From Euryarchaeota archaeon UBA10 (lineage in GTDB: Archaea > Thermoplasmatota > Poseidoniia > Poseidoniales > Poseidoniaceae), in contig DAGO01000089.1 of assembly GCA_002498185.1 (NCBI GenBank), positions 12,118 to 70,939 of the forward strand: DNA of 58,822 nt. The letters run 5' to 3'. Position numbers and translations under genes: made by a program. This document shows, in pieces, positions 1 to 9,003 of the stretch. The notes under the pieces are model-generated. The model made no database searches. It had not been told where the DNA came from and saw nothing but the letters and a program-made list of their open reading frames with translations. The first letter of the stretch is position 1; the number at the start of each line of letters is the position of its first letter.

Positions 1-9
1 GCATGGATA

Positions 10-579
10 ATGAACAAAGATTCTGGATTCATTCCACTAGACGAGTTCAGTTACTCATTATTCGGTATTTTTTGGGCAGTTTTGTTCACTCTGTTTACCA
101 TATTTTATCAGCGAAGTTTCCACTACGCAATCACAAACCACAGAGTTATTTTCACACAACACCTAATTATTCCAGGAGATGGAAGAAGGATTCTTTTCGA
201 CAATATCAACGAGATCAGAACTCAAAGAACAATGCTAGGTGCGATGTTTGGATACAACACAATCATCTGCGACACTGGGAGCCAACTAGGAATTGGTGAA
301 GATGCAATGTCGGTTTCAGTAGGCACAACTACAGGAGGCAATTCTGGTGAAAGTGTTACTGCAGAAGGACAAGTCGCAAGGGGCTGGTTCAAGAAGATGT
401 TCGCATTCCTAACATACCAGAGAACCAGAAAAATAGACCTGCCTGACCCAAGATTCTCTTTCTTTTGCATTACAAACTGGAAATCTATCGAGCAGTTACT
501 GAATGAAATGCACCAAAGACACAGTCAATCTGGAATTCTTAACGATCTGAAAGACCAAATCGCAGAATCTCAAGATTGA
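10..579 (+). CDS. bPH_2/YdbS-like membrane-anchored PH-domain protein (possibly 5' partial)
   Basis: 189-aa ORF. A hydrophobic helix (LFGIFWAVLFTLFTIF) is followed by HYAITNHRVIF...FDNINEI, the pattern I associate with bacterial-type PH domains. The frame is open back to base 1, so the true start may be upstream of the window. Confidence 0.45.
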   Translation: MNKDSGFIPLDEFSYSLFGIFWAVLFTLFTIFYQRSFHYAITNHRVIFTQHLIIPGDGRRILFDNINEIRTQRTMLGAMFGYNTIICDTGSQLGIGEDAMSVSVGTTTGGNSGESVTAEGQVARGWFKKMFAFLTYQRTRKIDLPDPRFSFFCITNWKSIEQLLNEMHQRHSQSGILNDLKDQIAESQD

Positions 580-617
580 CACATAGGTTTCAAAAACCTG
601 TTCTCTAAGCCGGTGAC

Positions 618-1133
618 ATGAGCGACCTAATCCAGCAGGCTGGCATGGCCCTATCAAGTGGACAATTTACCGAAGCTATGGAGTTATTTGACAAAGTAAG
701 AGAAGCTGAACCTGACAACGCAGTAGCACATTATGGTTGGGCTGAATCTGCATTCATGCGCTTATCCATGGACATGGAAGAAGACGTTCCTGCTGGTAAA
801 ATCATGCAGGTCTACAAGAAAGCAATGCAACTCGATGAAGAGAACCTAGAATATGTTGCTTCTTTCGCTAATTTCTGCCTAGATTGTGGCAGAATTCCAA
901 TGGCAATCAAAGAATATCAGCGTCTAGAAAAGATGGCTGAATTAAACGAAATTCCTGTAGAGGACACATTGTTCGATGCTAGCAGACTTATCGTAGATGC
1001 TATCGAAAGAGTCGGCCAAGGAAGAGACAACCCAATGATTCAGCCATGGCTAAGACAGGCACTAGTTTGGGCTGTCGGGGGCTTAGGTTACTCTGCTGAA
1101 GACGCTGCCGAAGTTCTATCTTCTGACGAGTGA
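618..1133 (+). CDS. TPR-like helical repeat protein
   Basis: 171-aa ORF. The N-terminus GQFTEAMELFDKVREAEPDNAVAHYGWAESAF looks like a TPR unit. No other signature recognised. Confidence 0.4.
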   Translation: MSDLIQQAGMALSSGQFTEAMELFDKVREAEPDNAVAHYGWAESAFMRLSMDMEEDVPAGKIMQVYKKAMQLDEENLEYVASFANFCLDCGRIPMAIKEYQRLEKMAELNEIPVEDTLFDASRLIVDAIERVGQGRDNPMIQPWLRQALVWAVGGLGYSAEDAAEVLSSDE

Positions 1134-1143
1134 GGTGCATCAA

Positions 1144-2004
1144 ATGGGGAAGGCGCGTATCGCCTTCCGTTTCGGCCACTATGGTGATTGTTTTCACGGC
1201 AGTCAGGTCCAACCGGATGTCCCTACTGTACAAGGTACATTCATGCACATTTTCAAAAAGAAATTGAAGTGGACTCAGGAGAGAATGCCTGTTGCATTTT
1301 CCAGCCGTACAGATTCAGGGGTCCATGTCAGATTGAATGGTGGATTCATCGACCTAGAGCAAGAACGCTGGGATGCAATGGGCGAGGCAGGGTTCATCAA
1401 GGCCGTTGGCCATCAGATCCCAGAAAGTATCTCATTGGTTGACGCAAGACAAGTTGCGGATGATTGGAGTCCCCGTAGAGCATTGTATCGAACATATAGG
1501 TACAGAATGGAATGCATGGAAGGCTGGGTGGAGCCTGAATTAGAAGACTTCACCCAACTGTGTTCACTGTTCAAGGGAGAGCATGACTGGTCTAATTTCT
1601 GTAGAAGAGAGCCAGGACGAACAACTACTCGTGTAGTTGAAGAATGCAAACCTTGGGTAAATGACGGGCGCATCATTGGATTCGAAATTGTTGGAGAAGC
1701 ATTTGTATGGAATCAAGTCAGGAGAATCGCAAATGCAATGTTAGCAGTAATCACGGGATATCGGACTACAGAGCGAGTCATTGAAGCAAGAGATAATCCA
1801 CAAATTGAGATCGATTTAGGATTAGCAGACCCCGATTGGCTAATTTTGTGGTCAGTATCTTGGGAAGGGATTCCAGACATTGAAACTCCAGAGCCTACAA
1901 TACCTGTTCCTGACCACACCAGCTCAAGATGGCAAGACCTCTGCAGGCAACAGCAAAAAGAGATACTAATCAGGCAGTTTGACTTCATTCAAGGACGATA
2001 CTGA
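1144..2004 (+). CDS. truA: tRNA pseudouridine synthase A (TruA/Pus family)
   Basis: RIAFRFGHYGDCFHGSQVQPDVPTVQG ... SSRTDSGVHV matches the TruA N-terminal YDG..F.G.Q.Q block and the catalytic RTD.GVH motif. The ATG at 1144 is preferred over the GTG at 1135. Confidence 0.75.
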   Translation: MGKARIAFRFGHYGDCFHGSQVQPDVPTVQGTFMHIFKKKLKWTQERMPVAFSSRTDSGVHVRLNGGFIDLEQERWDAMGEAGFIKAVGHQIPESISLVDARQVADDWSPRRALYRTYRYRMECMEGWVEPELEDFTQLCSLFKGEHDWSNFCRREPGRTTTRVVEECKPWVNDGRIIGFEIVGEAFVWNQVRRIANAMLAVITGYRTTERVIEARDNPQIEIDLGLADPDWLILWSVSWEGIPDIETPEPTIPVPDHTSSRWQDLCRQQQKEILIRQFDFIQGRY

Positions 2005-2413
2005 CCGTATCGCCATCGGCGAGTGAACATGATTCCCTCAGAAAAACTCCAGCGATAACTTCCACGACATCTTCATGCCTTGTCAAATCAGGAATCAAAA
2101 CTGCACAATCATGGCTAGCACCTTCAGCCTCGATTGTTGCTAGAAATGCTGTTGCCCCACCGAAGGAGACTCCATCTCTGTCAAAGCCTTTGACCCTGTG
2201 CGATTGTACTGAACTTGAATCTCCTTCTTCCAAACCTGCACTAACTCGCAGCTTCTTGTATTGAACCAATGATTCTCCTTCGACTTTGACGTTCAAAGTT
2301 CCAGGCCATGCTCCTTTTCCAATTATTGTCTTAAATTGGTCTTGGTAATGTTGTTGAGACATGAAAATGTGCGCTCTTCCAAGTCCAGAGGATACAATGC
2401 CATCAATTCGCAT
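1985..2413 (-). CDS. ribK: archaeal CTP-dependent riboflavin kinase (RibK, MJ0056 type)
   Basis: MRIDGIVSSGLGRAHIFMSQQHYQDQFKTIIGKGAWPGTLNV matches the G.V.SG.G.G..F......Y..QF...LG..P.PGTLN signature. I chose internal Met76 of the 217-aa ORF because the upstream extension overlaps the divergent kbl frame. Confidence 0.7.
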   Translation of the reverse strand: MRIDGIVSSGLGRAHIFMSQQHYQDQFKTIIGKGAWPGTLNVKVEGESLVQYKKLRVSAGLEEGDSSSVQSHRVKGFDRDGVSFGGATAFLATIEAEGASHDCAVLIPDLTRHEDVVEVIAGVFLRESCSLADGDTVSIVLE

Positions 2414-2492
2414 TGACCGGCCCAGCGACCACTTATTCATGACTGTTTGCAACGGAGCAAAACAACATGTAGAACAACCATGTGGCACTGCC

Positions 2493-3674
2493 ATGGCAGG
2501 AGATCTATCTTGGATGGAAGAAAGGTATGCACACCTAGAAGAACAATCGCTTCTGTGGCAACCACCAACTCTCGAAAGCGCAAATACTCCACGCTGTACG
2601 ATGGACGGCAAGCCTACAATTATGCTATCTGCTAACAATTATCTGAACCTCACGACCCATCCGAAGGTTGTCGAAGCTTCAATCGCAGCCACAAGAAAGT
2701 ACGGTGCGGGAAGTGGTTCAGTAAGAGCCATAGCCGGAACTATGGATATTCACTTGGAGGCAGAAAACAAAGTTGCCGAATTCAAAGGAGTTGAATCTTC
2801 GCTAATTTACTCTGCAGGCTACACTGCTAATGTCGGATTAATTCCTTCACTGGTACAAGGAAAGCAAGACATCATAATTTCTGATGAGTTAAACCATGGC
2901 TCAATCATCGACGGAGTTAGATTAACAAAGGCCCAGAGAGCTGTTTTCCCTCACAATGACATGGGTGCATTCGAACAAGTTCTGAAGGAAAATCAAGATG
3001 CGGAAAGGAAGTTGGTCATCGTTGATGGAGTGTTTTCCATGGATGGAGATATCTGTCCTCTTGATGAATTGACTGCACTTGCTGAAGAGTACAATGCGAT
3101 GGTTATGGTTGATGACTGCCACGGAGAGGGAGTTCTTGGAGATGGTGGGAGAGGTATCGTGGACCACTTCAAATTACAAGGAAGAGTAGACTTTGAAGTC
3201 GGCTCATTCTCAAAAGCACTCGGCGTTCAAGGTGGAATCCTTGCAGGAAAAGAAATCGTTAGGAAACATGCACTCAATCATTCTCGTTCTTGGCTGTTAT
3301 CTGGTTCACAACCACCTGGTGTTGCTGCGGCACAAAAGGCCGCTGTAGAGGTATTGATGGACGAGCCAGAACATCACGCAAGGCTCTGGGAAAATACCGA
3401 ATATTTCCGAAGTGAGATGCAATCTCTTGGTTTCGACACAGGTGTTTCAACCACCCCTATTATTCCTGTAATGTGTGGCGAATCCTCTGTCGCCAAAGGC
3501 CTGTCAAATGCGATGCTAAAGCAAGGTGTAATGGCTGGAGCAATTGTTTTCCCAATGGTTGCAAGGGACAAAGCACGTGTAAGAACTCAAATGTCTGCAG
3601 GCCTAACACGTGATGACTTAGATGAAGTTCTTCGAATATTTGAGAGCGCTGGAAAAGATGTCGGATTGATTTAA
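2493..3674 (+). CDS. kbl: glycine C-acetyltransferase / 2-amino-3-ketobutyrate CoA ligase (AONS-family PLP enzyme)
   Basis: Collinear with E. coli Kbl as I remember it: LSANNYLNLTTHP, ISDELNHGSIIDGVRL, VDGVFSMDGD, MVDDCHG, the PLP lysine in SFSKALG, and ARVRTQMSAG near the C-terminus. Start taken at MAGDLSW. Confidence 0.75.
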   Translation: MAGDLSWMEERYAHLEEQSLLWQPPTLESANTPRCTMDGKPTIMLSANNYLNLTTHPKVVEASIAATRKYGAGSGSVRAIAGTMDIHLEAENKVAEFKGVESSLIYSAGYTANVGLIPSLVQGKQDIIISDELNHGSIIDGVRLTKAQRAVFPHNDMGAFEQVLKENQDAERKLVIVDGVFSMDGDICPLDELTALAEEYNAMVMVDDCHGEGVLGDGGRGIVDHFKLQGRVDFEVGSFSKALGVQGGILAGKEIVRKHALNHSRSWLLSGSQPPGVAAAQKAAVEVLMDEPEHHARLWENTEYFRSEMQSLGFDTGVSTTPIIPVMCGESSVAKGLSNAMLKQGVMAGAIVFPMVARDKARVRTQMSAGLTRDDLDEVLRIFESAGKDVGLI

Positions 3675-4295
3675 TCACTCTTCTTCGGATTCAAACTCTT
3701 CGATGACTTCCATCAGCTCAGTGTCATCAGATTCTATCGAATCAGATTCCTGTTCCCGGAGATACTGTTTTGCCGGCATTTCTGCAAATGGACTAGTACC
3801 ATCTTCAATCATGCAAAGTAATCTCCACCTTGGCGCCCATGAAAGATGGATGTAAAGTGGCCCTGGAATCATAAGTAAACCCCATGACAAATATTGAGAG
3901 TAGGTATTGTTAGAGAGTAAATCAGTATGAATCAAAGTGATTAATGCAAAACCGATGAACGGCATTGGATAGAGTGCTTTCCTATTTACTGCAATTGGCA
4001 TTCGTTTGGTAAATGCGTTAACAATTCGGCTGAATATTCCCAAGAATGCAGTTGCGAAAATTAGCAAGCTAGCATGAAGTAACCAAAGAGGGAACCAAAA
4101 TTCTTCGGTCATTGCATAAGGAAGAATCAGCGCCAGGGAAACCAAAAAACCGTAAAATGCGCCTATATTTGACGGGTGAGATAACCAAAGGGGCAAGTTG
4201 GAAAATCGTTTTGATAGCCCTCCTCCTGTCAACAAATCGCGCTGTGATTCATCCAGCGAGGAGATGTCTCCGTCCCAGACTGAGTCTGCGGCCAT
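3675..4295 (-). CDS. hypothetical multi-pass membrane protein with acidic C-terminal tail
   Basis: 206-aa ORF with several hydrophobic helices. The tail is ESDDTELMEVIEEFESEEE. Confidence 0.4.
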   Translation of the reverse strand: MAADSVWDGDISSLDESQRDLLTGGGLSKRFSNLPLWLSHPSNIGAFYGFLVSLALILPYAMTEEFWFPLWLLHASLLIFATAFLGIFSRIVNAFTKRMPIAVNRKALYPMPFIGFALITLIHTDLLSNNTYSQYLSWGLLMIPGPLYIHLSWAPRWRLLCMIEDGTSPFAEMPAKQYLREQESDSIESDDTELMEVIEEFESEEE

Positions 4296-4359
4296 AGTGC
4301 GTGTGCGTAGAATAAACCATTTGAAGGTACGGTGTGATGTTCATATTTCCAATATGATT

Positions 4360-4977
4360 TCATTCATTTGCAAAGATACGAGAGATAGGTCCTTGTACGT
4401 CAATTTCCTCCTCTGGTAACCACTCTCTTTCGAGCAAAGTAGATTCTTGTGATTCTCTTTCACGGGCATCTTCAAATTCATCATTTGACCCATTGACCGC
4501 ATTATTCAGAGAGATTGCTTGATTGATTATGGCGAGGTGCTTATTGAGAACTGATTCTTTCAGATTTGTATCCCATACGGACAGAACCGACAGATCATCG
4601 TCTTGACGATGGATAACCCAGCATGAAAGTGAGTCTTTGGCTAACTTCAATCTATGATTACCAGGTTCTATCCAATTTTCCGAAAATTTGACCATGATTT
4701 CTGATTTTGAGACCGGTTCTGATTCCATGAAGGGGTGATTCAAGTTAACCGCTAATGGAATCTGAGCACTAGCAGAGATCAAACTACGGATTAGTAGCAC
4801 ATCTATGATAACCAACAAAACCGTAATCAGAAGCCAGTTAGCGGGCCAATATATCACTAATATTGCAAATGTTAGATTGATCACAGCAAGTGAAATCTTC
4901 ATGTTTTTAGTCGAATCGTTCAACTCTTTACCAAGAGGCGTATTCGAGAAAAGAATCAGCCCCTTTGGTGCGTCCAT
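4360..4977 (-). CDS. hypothetical membrane protein
   Basis: 205-aa ORF with two adjacent TM helices (ISLAVINLTFAILVIYWPANWLLITVLLVIIDVLLI) followed by a soluble domain. Alternative start at Met26 (4902). Confidence 0.4.
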   Translation of the reverse strand: MDAPKGLILFSNTPLGKELNDSTKNMKISLAVINLTFAILVIYWPANWLLITVLLVIIDVLLIRSLISASAQIPLAVNLNHPFMESEPVSKSEIMVKFSENWIEPGNHRLKLAKDSLSCWVIHRQDDDLSVLSVWDTNLKESVLNKHLAIINQAISLNNAVNGSNDEFEDARERESQESTLLEREWLPEEEIDVQGPISRIFANE

Positions 4978-5018
4978 AATCCCGCCACGAGCATTTAGGA
5001 CATGAAACCCTCGTCATA

Positions 5019-6764
5019 ATGCATGATTTACCCCCATCATTCAAGAAGGGTGGAATTACGAACCACCCCGTAGGGGTGCCTATGGTCGAGTTGCCGAGAG
5101 GGAATATCATCGAGGAAAGACGCGGAGGTGCAGGCATTCTCGCAACCTTGGTCAATGAGATGGTAAAACTCAACTCGAGCGGATACATTCGTACTGAAAG
5201 AACACCCGCTGAAAAGATGCCGAGAGTTGGACAAGTCGTCGTAACTAGGGGGGAAGTCAGCGCCGCAATCCATGAAGATAAAGCGATTCTTGAAGGTGTA
5301 GAAGCACTGATTGAGATCGAAGCAGATTGCACTGAACTCGACTGCCTTATTCAGTTGATTGAAGATGTAGATGTTCAACGTATTCTGGACTTACATCCGA
5401 CGGCCAAACTTACTGTTGAGACTCCTGAAGAGAGCAAATCATCACAATGGTGGGAAAATATCAGCAATCGGAAAAATGCGTGGACAAAATCCAGCAAACT
5501 ACCAACGATTGAAGCAACTATTGAGGCGCCTGAGTTTGTCAAGGCCAAAGCAGCAGCAATGGTCCACAGACATGTCGAAATGGGCACTTCGCTCAAACCA
5601 GGAAGTGTTCATTCTAATGGAAGTGAAATGATTTTCCAACTCGCATCAAATCTGAAGAATCATGGCAAACCATTGTTGGTAATCAGCAGAAAATCCCGTG
5701 AAGAATTGATGGTTAATTTCAACATACCAGCAGAGAATAGCCTCTGGTTATCGCAGAAGGAAGGAGAAGGAGTACAATTCGTTGACATCGATGCGATAAA
5801 GGGCACAGTGTATGGTTTCTTGGAAGGCAACCTAAGAGCTGTTCTTCTCCTAGATGGTTTGGAATACCTCGCAAACATTTGTGGGAGCAAACCAGTTATC
5901 GAGATGGTTCGAGAACTCGGTGACAGGATGAGATACGAAGACGACTGTCTGTTGATATCATGCGATAAATCCGCATGGACCAAATCGGAAGCGGCTCAAC
6001 TCACGAGGGCTGCACCATACCTGGAAACCTCCGTCATTTCAGCATGGAATGCTGACCCGGATTCGCTATTGGACCACCCATTAATGGCACCTCCAACCGA
6101 AGAAGAATTGCTTCGTCTAACTGAATATCTGGAAGCAAACACTCCAGAATCATTTGTCCCCGAGGAAATCGTTGAGATTGTTCCAGAACCTGTAGAAGTT
6201 ATCGAAGAGATACCTATTGAGGTAGTCGAGGAGGAAATAATCATCACTGAGACGATACAAGAAGAAATCGTGGAAGAGGTTCCTGAAGTGGTTGAGTCAA
6301 AGGGTCCAAGGAAGCCACAACGAGTCAAGAGGCGTAGGTCAAAGCACGCCAAAGTAATGAGTGCTAGAGAAGCAGGTCTTGCTGGCCTTGCTGCAATTAA
6401 AGGCGACAGAGACATTGGAGATTTGCCGATGACAAAGTCCCTGCCGAAGACAGCCATAGGCGTTGGCAAAGAAGGTGCTATGCCATCGATTCCAAACACA
6501 ATCCCAACAGAATTGAATGATGCTGCTCGCCAAGATTCCGCAAAGAAATCTAGAAATTTACCAGAAACCAAACTTGGACCCAAGGCAGTAGGTGGAAAGA
6601 AAGCCGGTTCCAAAGGAAAGGTTGTCAGTCCATTAGCAGCACGTGGAGTCGAAATCAAGCGCAACATTGCAAAGAGATCTCAAGCATCTAGTGTCCCTCA
6701 GAAGGAATTGGATATTGACAAAGAACTTGAATCTTGGAAATTTAATGAGGAGGAGACAGAATGA
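5019..6764 (+). CDS. DUF835-like domain protein with acidic E/I/V block and basic tail
   Basis: 581-aa ORF. The segment KPLLVISRKS...RAVLLLDGLEYLANICGSKPVIEMVRELGDRMRYEDDCLLISCDKSAW resembles the DUF835 (PF05763) signature. It is followed by EEIVEIVPEPVEVIEEIPIEVVEEEIIITETIQEEIVEEVPEVVE and then KGPRKPQRVKRRRSKHAK. The stop overlaps the next start (ATGA at 6761-6764). Confidence 0.5.
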   Translation: MHDLPPSFKKGGITNHPVGVPMVELPRGNIIEERRGGAGILATLVNEMVKLNSSGYIRTERTPAEKMPRVGQVVVTRGEVSAAIHEDKAILEGVEALIEIEADCTELDCLIQLIEDVDVQRILDLHPTAKLTVETPEESKSSQWWENISNRKNAWTKSSKLPTIEATIEAPEFVKAKAAAMVHRHVEMGTSLKPGSVHSNGSEMIFQLASNLKNHGKPLLVISRKSREELMVNFNIPAENSLWLSQKEGEGVQFVDIDAIKGTVYGFLEGNLRAVLLLDGLEYLANICGSKPVIEMVRELGDRMRYEDDCLLISCDKSAWTKSEAAQLTRAAPYLETSVISAWNADPDSLLDHPLMAPPTEEELLRLTEYLEANTPESFVPEEIVEIVPEPVEVIEEIPIEVVEEEIIITETIQEEIVEEVPEVVESKGPRKPQRVKRRRSKHAKVMSAREAGLAGLAAIKGDRDIGDLPMTKSLPKTAIGVGKEGAMPSIPNTIPTELNDAARQDSAKKSRNLPETKLGPKAVGGKKAGSKGKVVSPLAARGVEIKRNIAKRSQASSVPQKELDIDKELESWKFNEEETE

Positions 6765-8512
6765 GACTTTCACACCGAGAGAAACTTCAACTCGCCCTAG
6801 CTAACGCCAGAGAAAGTCTAGGGAGAGATAACACTTCAACACAACCGGCGTTATCAAAATTGAACACACTTAGGGGAGTAAAAGAGGCGATTGATACCAG
6901 AGAAGGAAACCTCCTTTCCAGAACTGGAGTGAAGACCCGTCCCACCTTTGACATTGTTGCAGACCAGATCCTTGGAGAACCAACTTCTTGGAAGCCGAGT
7001 ATTGATTTGGATGAAGGAGAAAATTCGCTTTCTCAAATCGCTGCAAAACGAATCGGTGAAATGCGAGAGAGGCAAGAAATTGAGGAAGGAGAAGAAGAAT
7101 TGCTCGGGGAATCATTTGGCATGCTAAAGGATGGCAGGCCAATATGGGCAGAAGTTCTCGATACCCAGAGAGGATACTCTACTAATTTCACAGATTACGG
7201 TATGAAAGACCTAGCATTCAGGCCTTTGTGGCCCCCCGTTCAGAAACTCTCAGACCATAATACCTGGAAAAGTTGGCATGTTGTTGAAGAAAACTCACGT
7301 GCATCAATGGCCTGTGAAAAGGTAATTGAAAAGCCAGGAATCACGATGAATCCTCTACTAATTCTTGGGGACACAGGATGTGGCAAGTCCCACATCTTAA
7401 GCGCCTCAGTTCAAGCGATGATTCGCAGACAAGATGGCAACGTACACTTGTTATCGACATCGGCAATGAGAGGGTGGGAATCACTGCCTGATGGGTGGCA
7501 AGACGCTGTTGCGCATGCTAACCTAATCGCAATCGATGACCTCCACCTTGCTGATGAAAGAATTGCAACAGAACTTGGAATGATGATTGACTATGCTCTA
7601 AACATGGGCGTACAAGTTATTGCAACATCTAGAGTTGATTCTAATGAATGGCCAGCTCGCAGATTATGGGAAGTTATGCGTTCCGCTACGAGTGTCTGGA
7701 TTAGGAAACCTAGTTCCGCTTCTCTAATCACTCACTTACGACGTAATGCAGGAGGCAGAGCACTGCTCTTAGACGATGCAATGATTGCAAGAATCGTCAA
7801 GCATGGAGGAGGGGACTGGCGAAGCACTGATGCAGCATTTGAGAAAGTCGCTCTTGCAGTTGAATCTGGAGAGCGAATTATTTCCGGCGAGGATGTTACT
7901 AGTATTCTCGAAGAAGTACCTCAAGAAATGACCGAAGTAGAATTATTCACTGAGAGAGAAGACTTGGAAGAGATTGCTTCTCGAGTTATCAGCGAAACAC
8001 TTGACCACGTTTACACTGGAAGAGATGTCGCAGGAGTCGAATTGAACGTACCTGTTCCTGAACTAAGTGACGACTGGGAAGTTCCAGAACTCACGATTGA
8101 GGAAAAGGATGAATTGCATGAAGTGCTGACTAGCAGGAACCTCACACCGCATGTAACAACCACGCTGACTGTGGACGAAAGTGATGAATTCTTGGTTCAC
8201 AGAGATGACAATCTAGACGCGTTGGACCAAGTTCGAGTTGCTGAAACTACCTCTAGCATAGATTCAATCACTGACCAAATGTTCGAGAGAATGAGTAACG
8301 AACACATAGAGCAATCAAAGAAATTAGCCGAATTAGAACAAGAAATGTTCGACTTAGCAGATAGAAGCAGAGATGCATCTGTTGAAGAGTTAATCGAAAT
8401 CGCTGACCGAGTTGGAGAGATCGAAGTAATTCTTGGAAATGTGCAAGAGCATCCAAGCTATGCTATGCTTACTCCTGTCACTGTCTTGACACCAATAGGT
8501 GAAGAGGCATGA
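6761..8512 (+). CDS. DnaA/Hda-like AAA+ ATPase (no DnaA domain IV), acidic coiled-coil C-terminus
   Basis: Walker A NPLLILGDTGCGKSHIL (7367-7390 core) and Walker B NLIAIDDLH (7523-7546). Also GVQVIATSRVDSNEW (box VII-like Arg), RKPSSASLITHL, GGDWRSTDAAF (sensor-2-like Arg) and GERIISGEDV. The order is collinear with E. coli DnaA domain III as remembered. Confidence 0.6.
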   Translation: MRLSHREKLQLALANARESLGRDNTSTQPALSKLNTLRGVKEAIDTREGNLLSRTGVKTRPTFDIVADQILGEPTSWKPSIDLDEGENSLSQIAAKRIGEMRERQEIEEGEEELLGESFGMLKDGRPIWAEVLDTQRGYSTNFTDYGMKDLAFRPLWPPVQKLSDHNTWKSWHVVEENSRASMACEKVIEKPGITMNPLLILGDTGCGKSHILSASVQAMIRRQDGNVHLLSTSAMRGWESLPDGWQDAVAHANLIAIDDLHLADERIATELGMMIDYALNMGVQVIATSRVDSNEWPARRLWEVMRSATSVWIRKPSSASLITHLRRNAGGRALLLDDAMIARIVKHGGGDWRSTDAAFEKVALAVESGERIISGEDVTSILEEVPQEMTEVELFTEREDLEEIASRVISETLDHVYTGRDVAGVELNVPVPELSDDWEVPELTIEEKDELHEVLTSRNLTPHVTTTLTVDESDEFLVHRDDNLDALDQVRVAETTSSIDSITDQMFERMSNEHIEQSKKLAELEQEMFDLADRSRDASVEELIEIADRVGEIEVILGNVQEHPSYAMLTPVTVLTPIGEEA

Positions 8513-8973
8513 TGCGACCTTGGTGGATGTCAGGGGTTCCGTTTGCTTGTCAGCCAGACTGTGGAAAATGCTGTGATGAACCAGGAGGTATTGTTTACCT
8601 GCGTCCTATCGATGCCGAAGCATTAGCTTCACATCATGAAATGGAAGTTGAAGAATGGCTTGAGAGGGATTGTAGGCAAACACTTGATGGCAGATACATC
8701 TTGAACTCAGACCCCTACACTGACATCTGTATTTATCTCGATGAAGACAAGAAATGCACTGTCTACCAGTCACGGCCAGCACAATGCAGGTCATTCCCAT
8801 TCTGGGCTGAAAATGTGCGCTCACAGCGCTCATGGGAAAAGACGGTGAATAGTTGCCCTGGACTCGAATCAGAGGAGGCTTTCATCATTGATGGCAACAC
8901 AATTCGCAAGAAAATTATCGATGACAGAGATGCGACTAGAGGCTTTAGAGAATGGCCCCCAAAACGCAGATGA
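8509..8973 (+). CDS. YkgJ-family (UPF0153) cysteine-cluster protein
   Basis: CQPDCGKCCDEPGG...ICIYLDEDKKCTVYQSRPAQCRSFPFW is the C..C..CC ... C.iy..RP..CR.fP signature. The start overlaps the upstream stop (ATGA at 8509-8512). Confidence 0.75.
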   Translation: MMRPWWMSGVPFACQPDCGKCCDEPGGIVYLRPIDAEALASHHEMEVEEWLERDCRQTLDGRYILNSDPYTDICIYLDEDKKCTVYQSRPAQCRSFPFWAENVRSQRSWEKTVNSCPGLESEEAFIIDGNTIRKKIIDDRDATRGFREWPPKRR

Positions 8974-9003
8974 TAGATTTTTATTTCAGCGTAATTTCAG
9001 TAA

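Noticed and set aside
3-299. 98-aa ORF at the left edge, and similar alternative-frame ORFs (for example 1188-1442, 13459-13815, 15058-15315, 57342-57833).
   Set aside because: They overlap better-supported ORFs in another frame and have no family signature or sensible hydrophobicity pattern.
2361-2638. Mutually overlapping N-terminal extensions of the ribK (217 aa) and kbl (437 aa) ORFs.
   Set aside because: Conserved family sequence begins only at Met76 of the ribK ORF and Met45 of the kbl ORF. Trimming gives a normal 79-bp divergent spacer, and the extensions are Cys/His-rich nonsense.
5996-6667. 223-aa antisense ORF opposite the DUF835-like gene.
   Set aside because: It coincides with the GAA/GAG/ATC/GTT-rich charge-block region. 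Its translation is S/T/I-rich low-complexity sequence with no start context, so I treat it as a compositional artefact.
6761-8512. The DnaA-like gene, and the CD36-like gene at 24123-27092, as evidence of a chimeric or contaminated contig.
   Set aside because: Both are embedded by overlapping or abutting start/stop codons among genes with archaeal hallmarks on both sides. These include CTP-type ribK, archaeal pheS, rfcS and the intron-containing tRNA. Neither shows introns or an obvious compositional break by eye.
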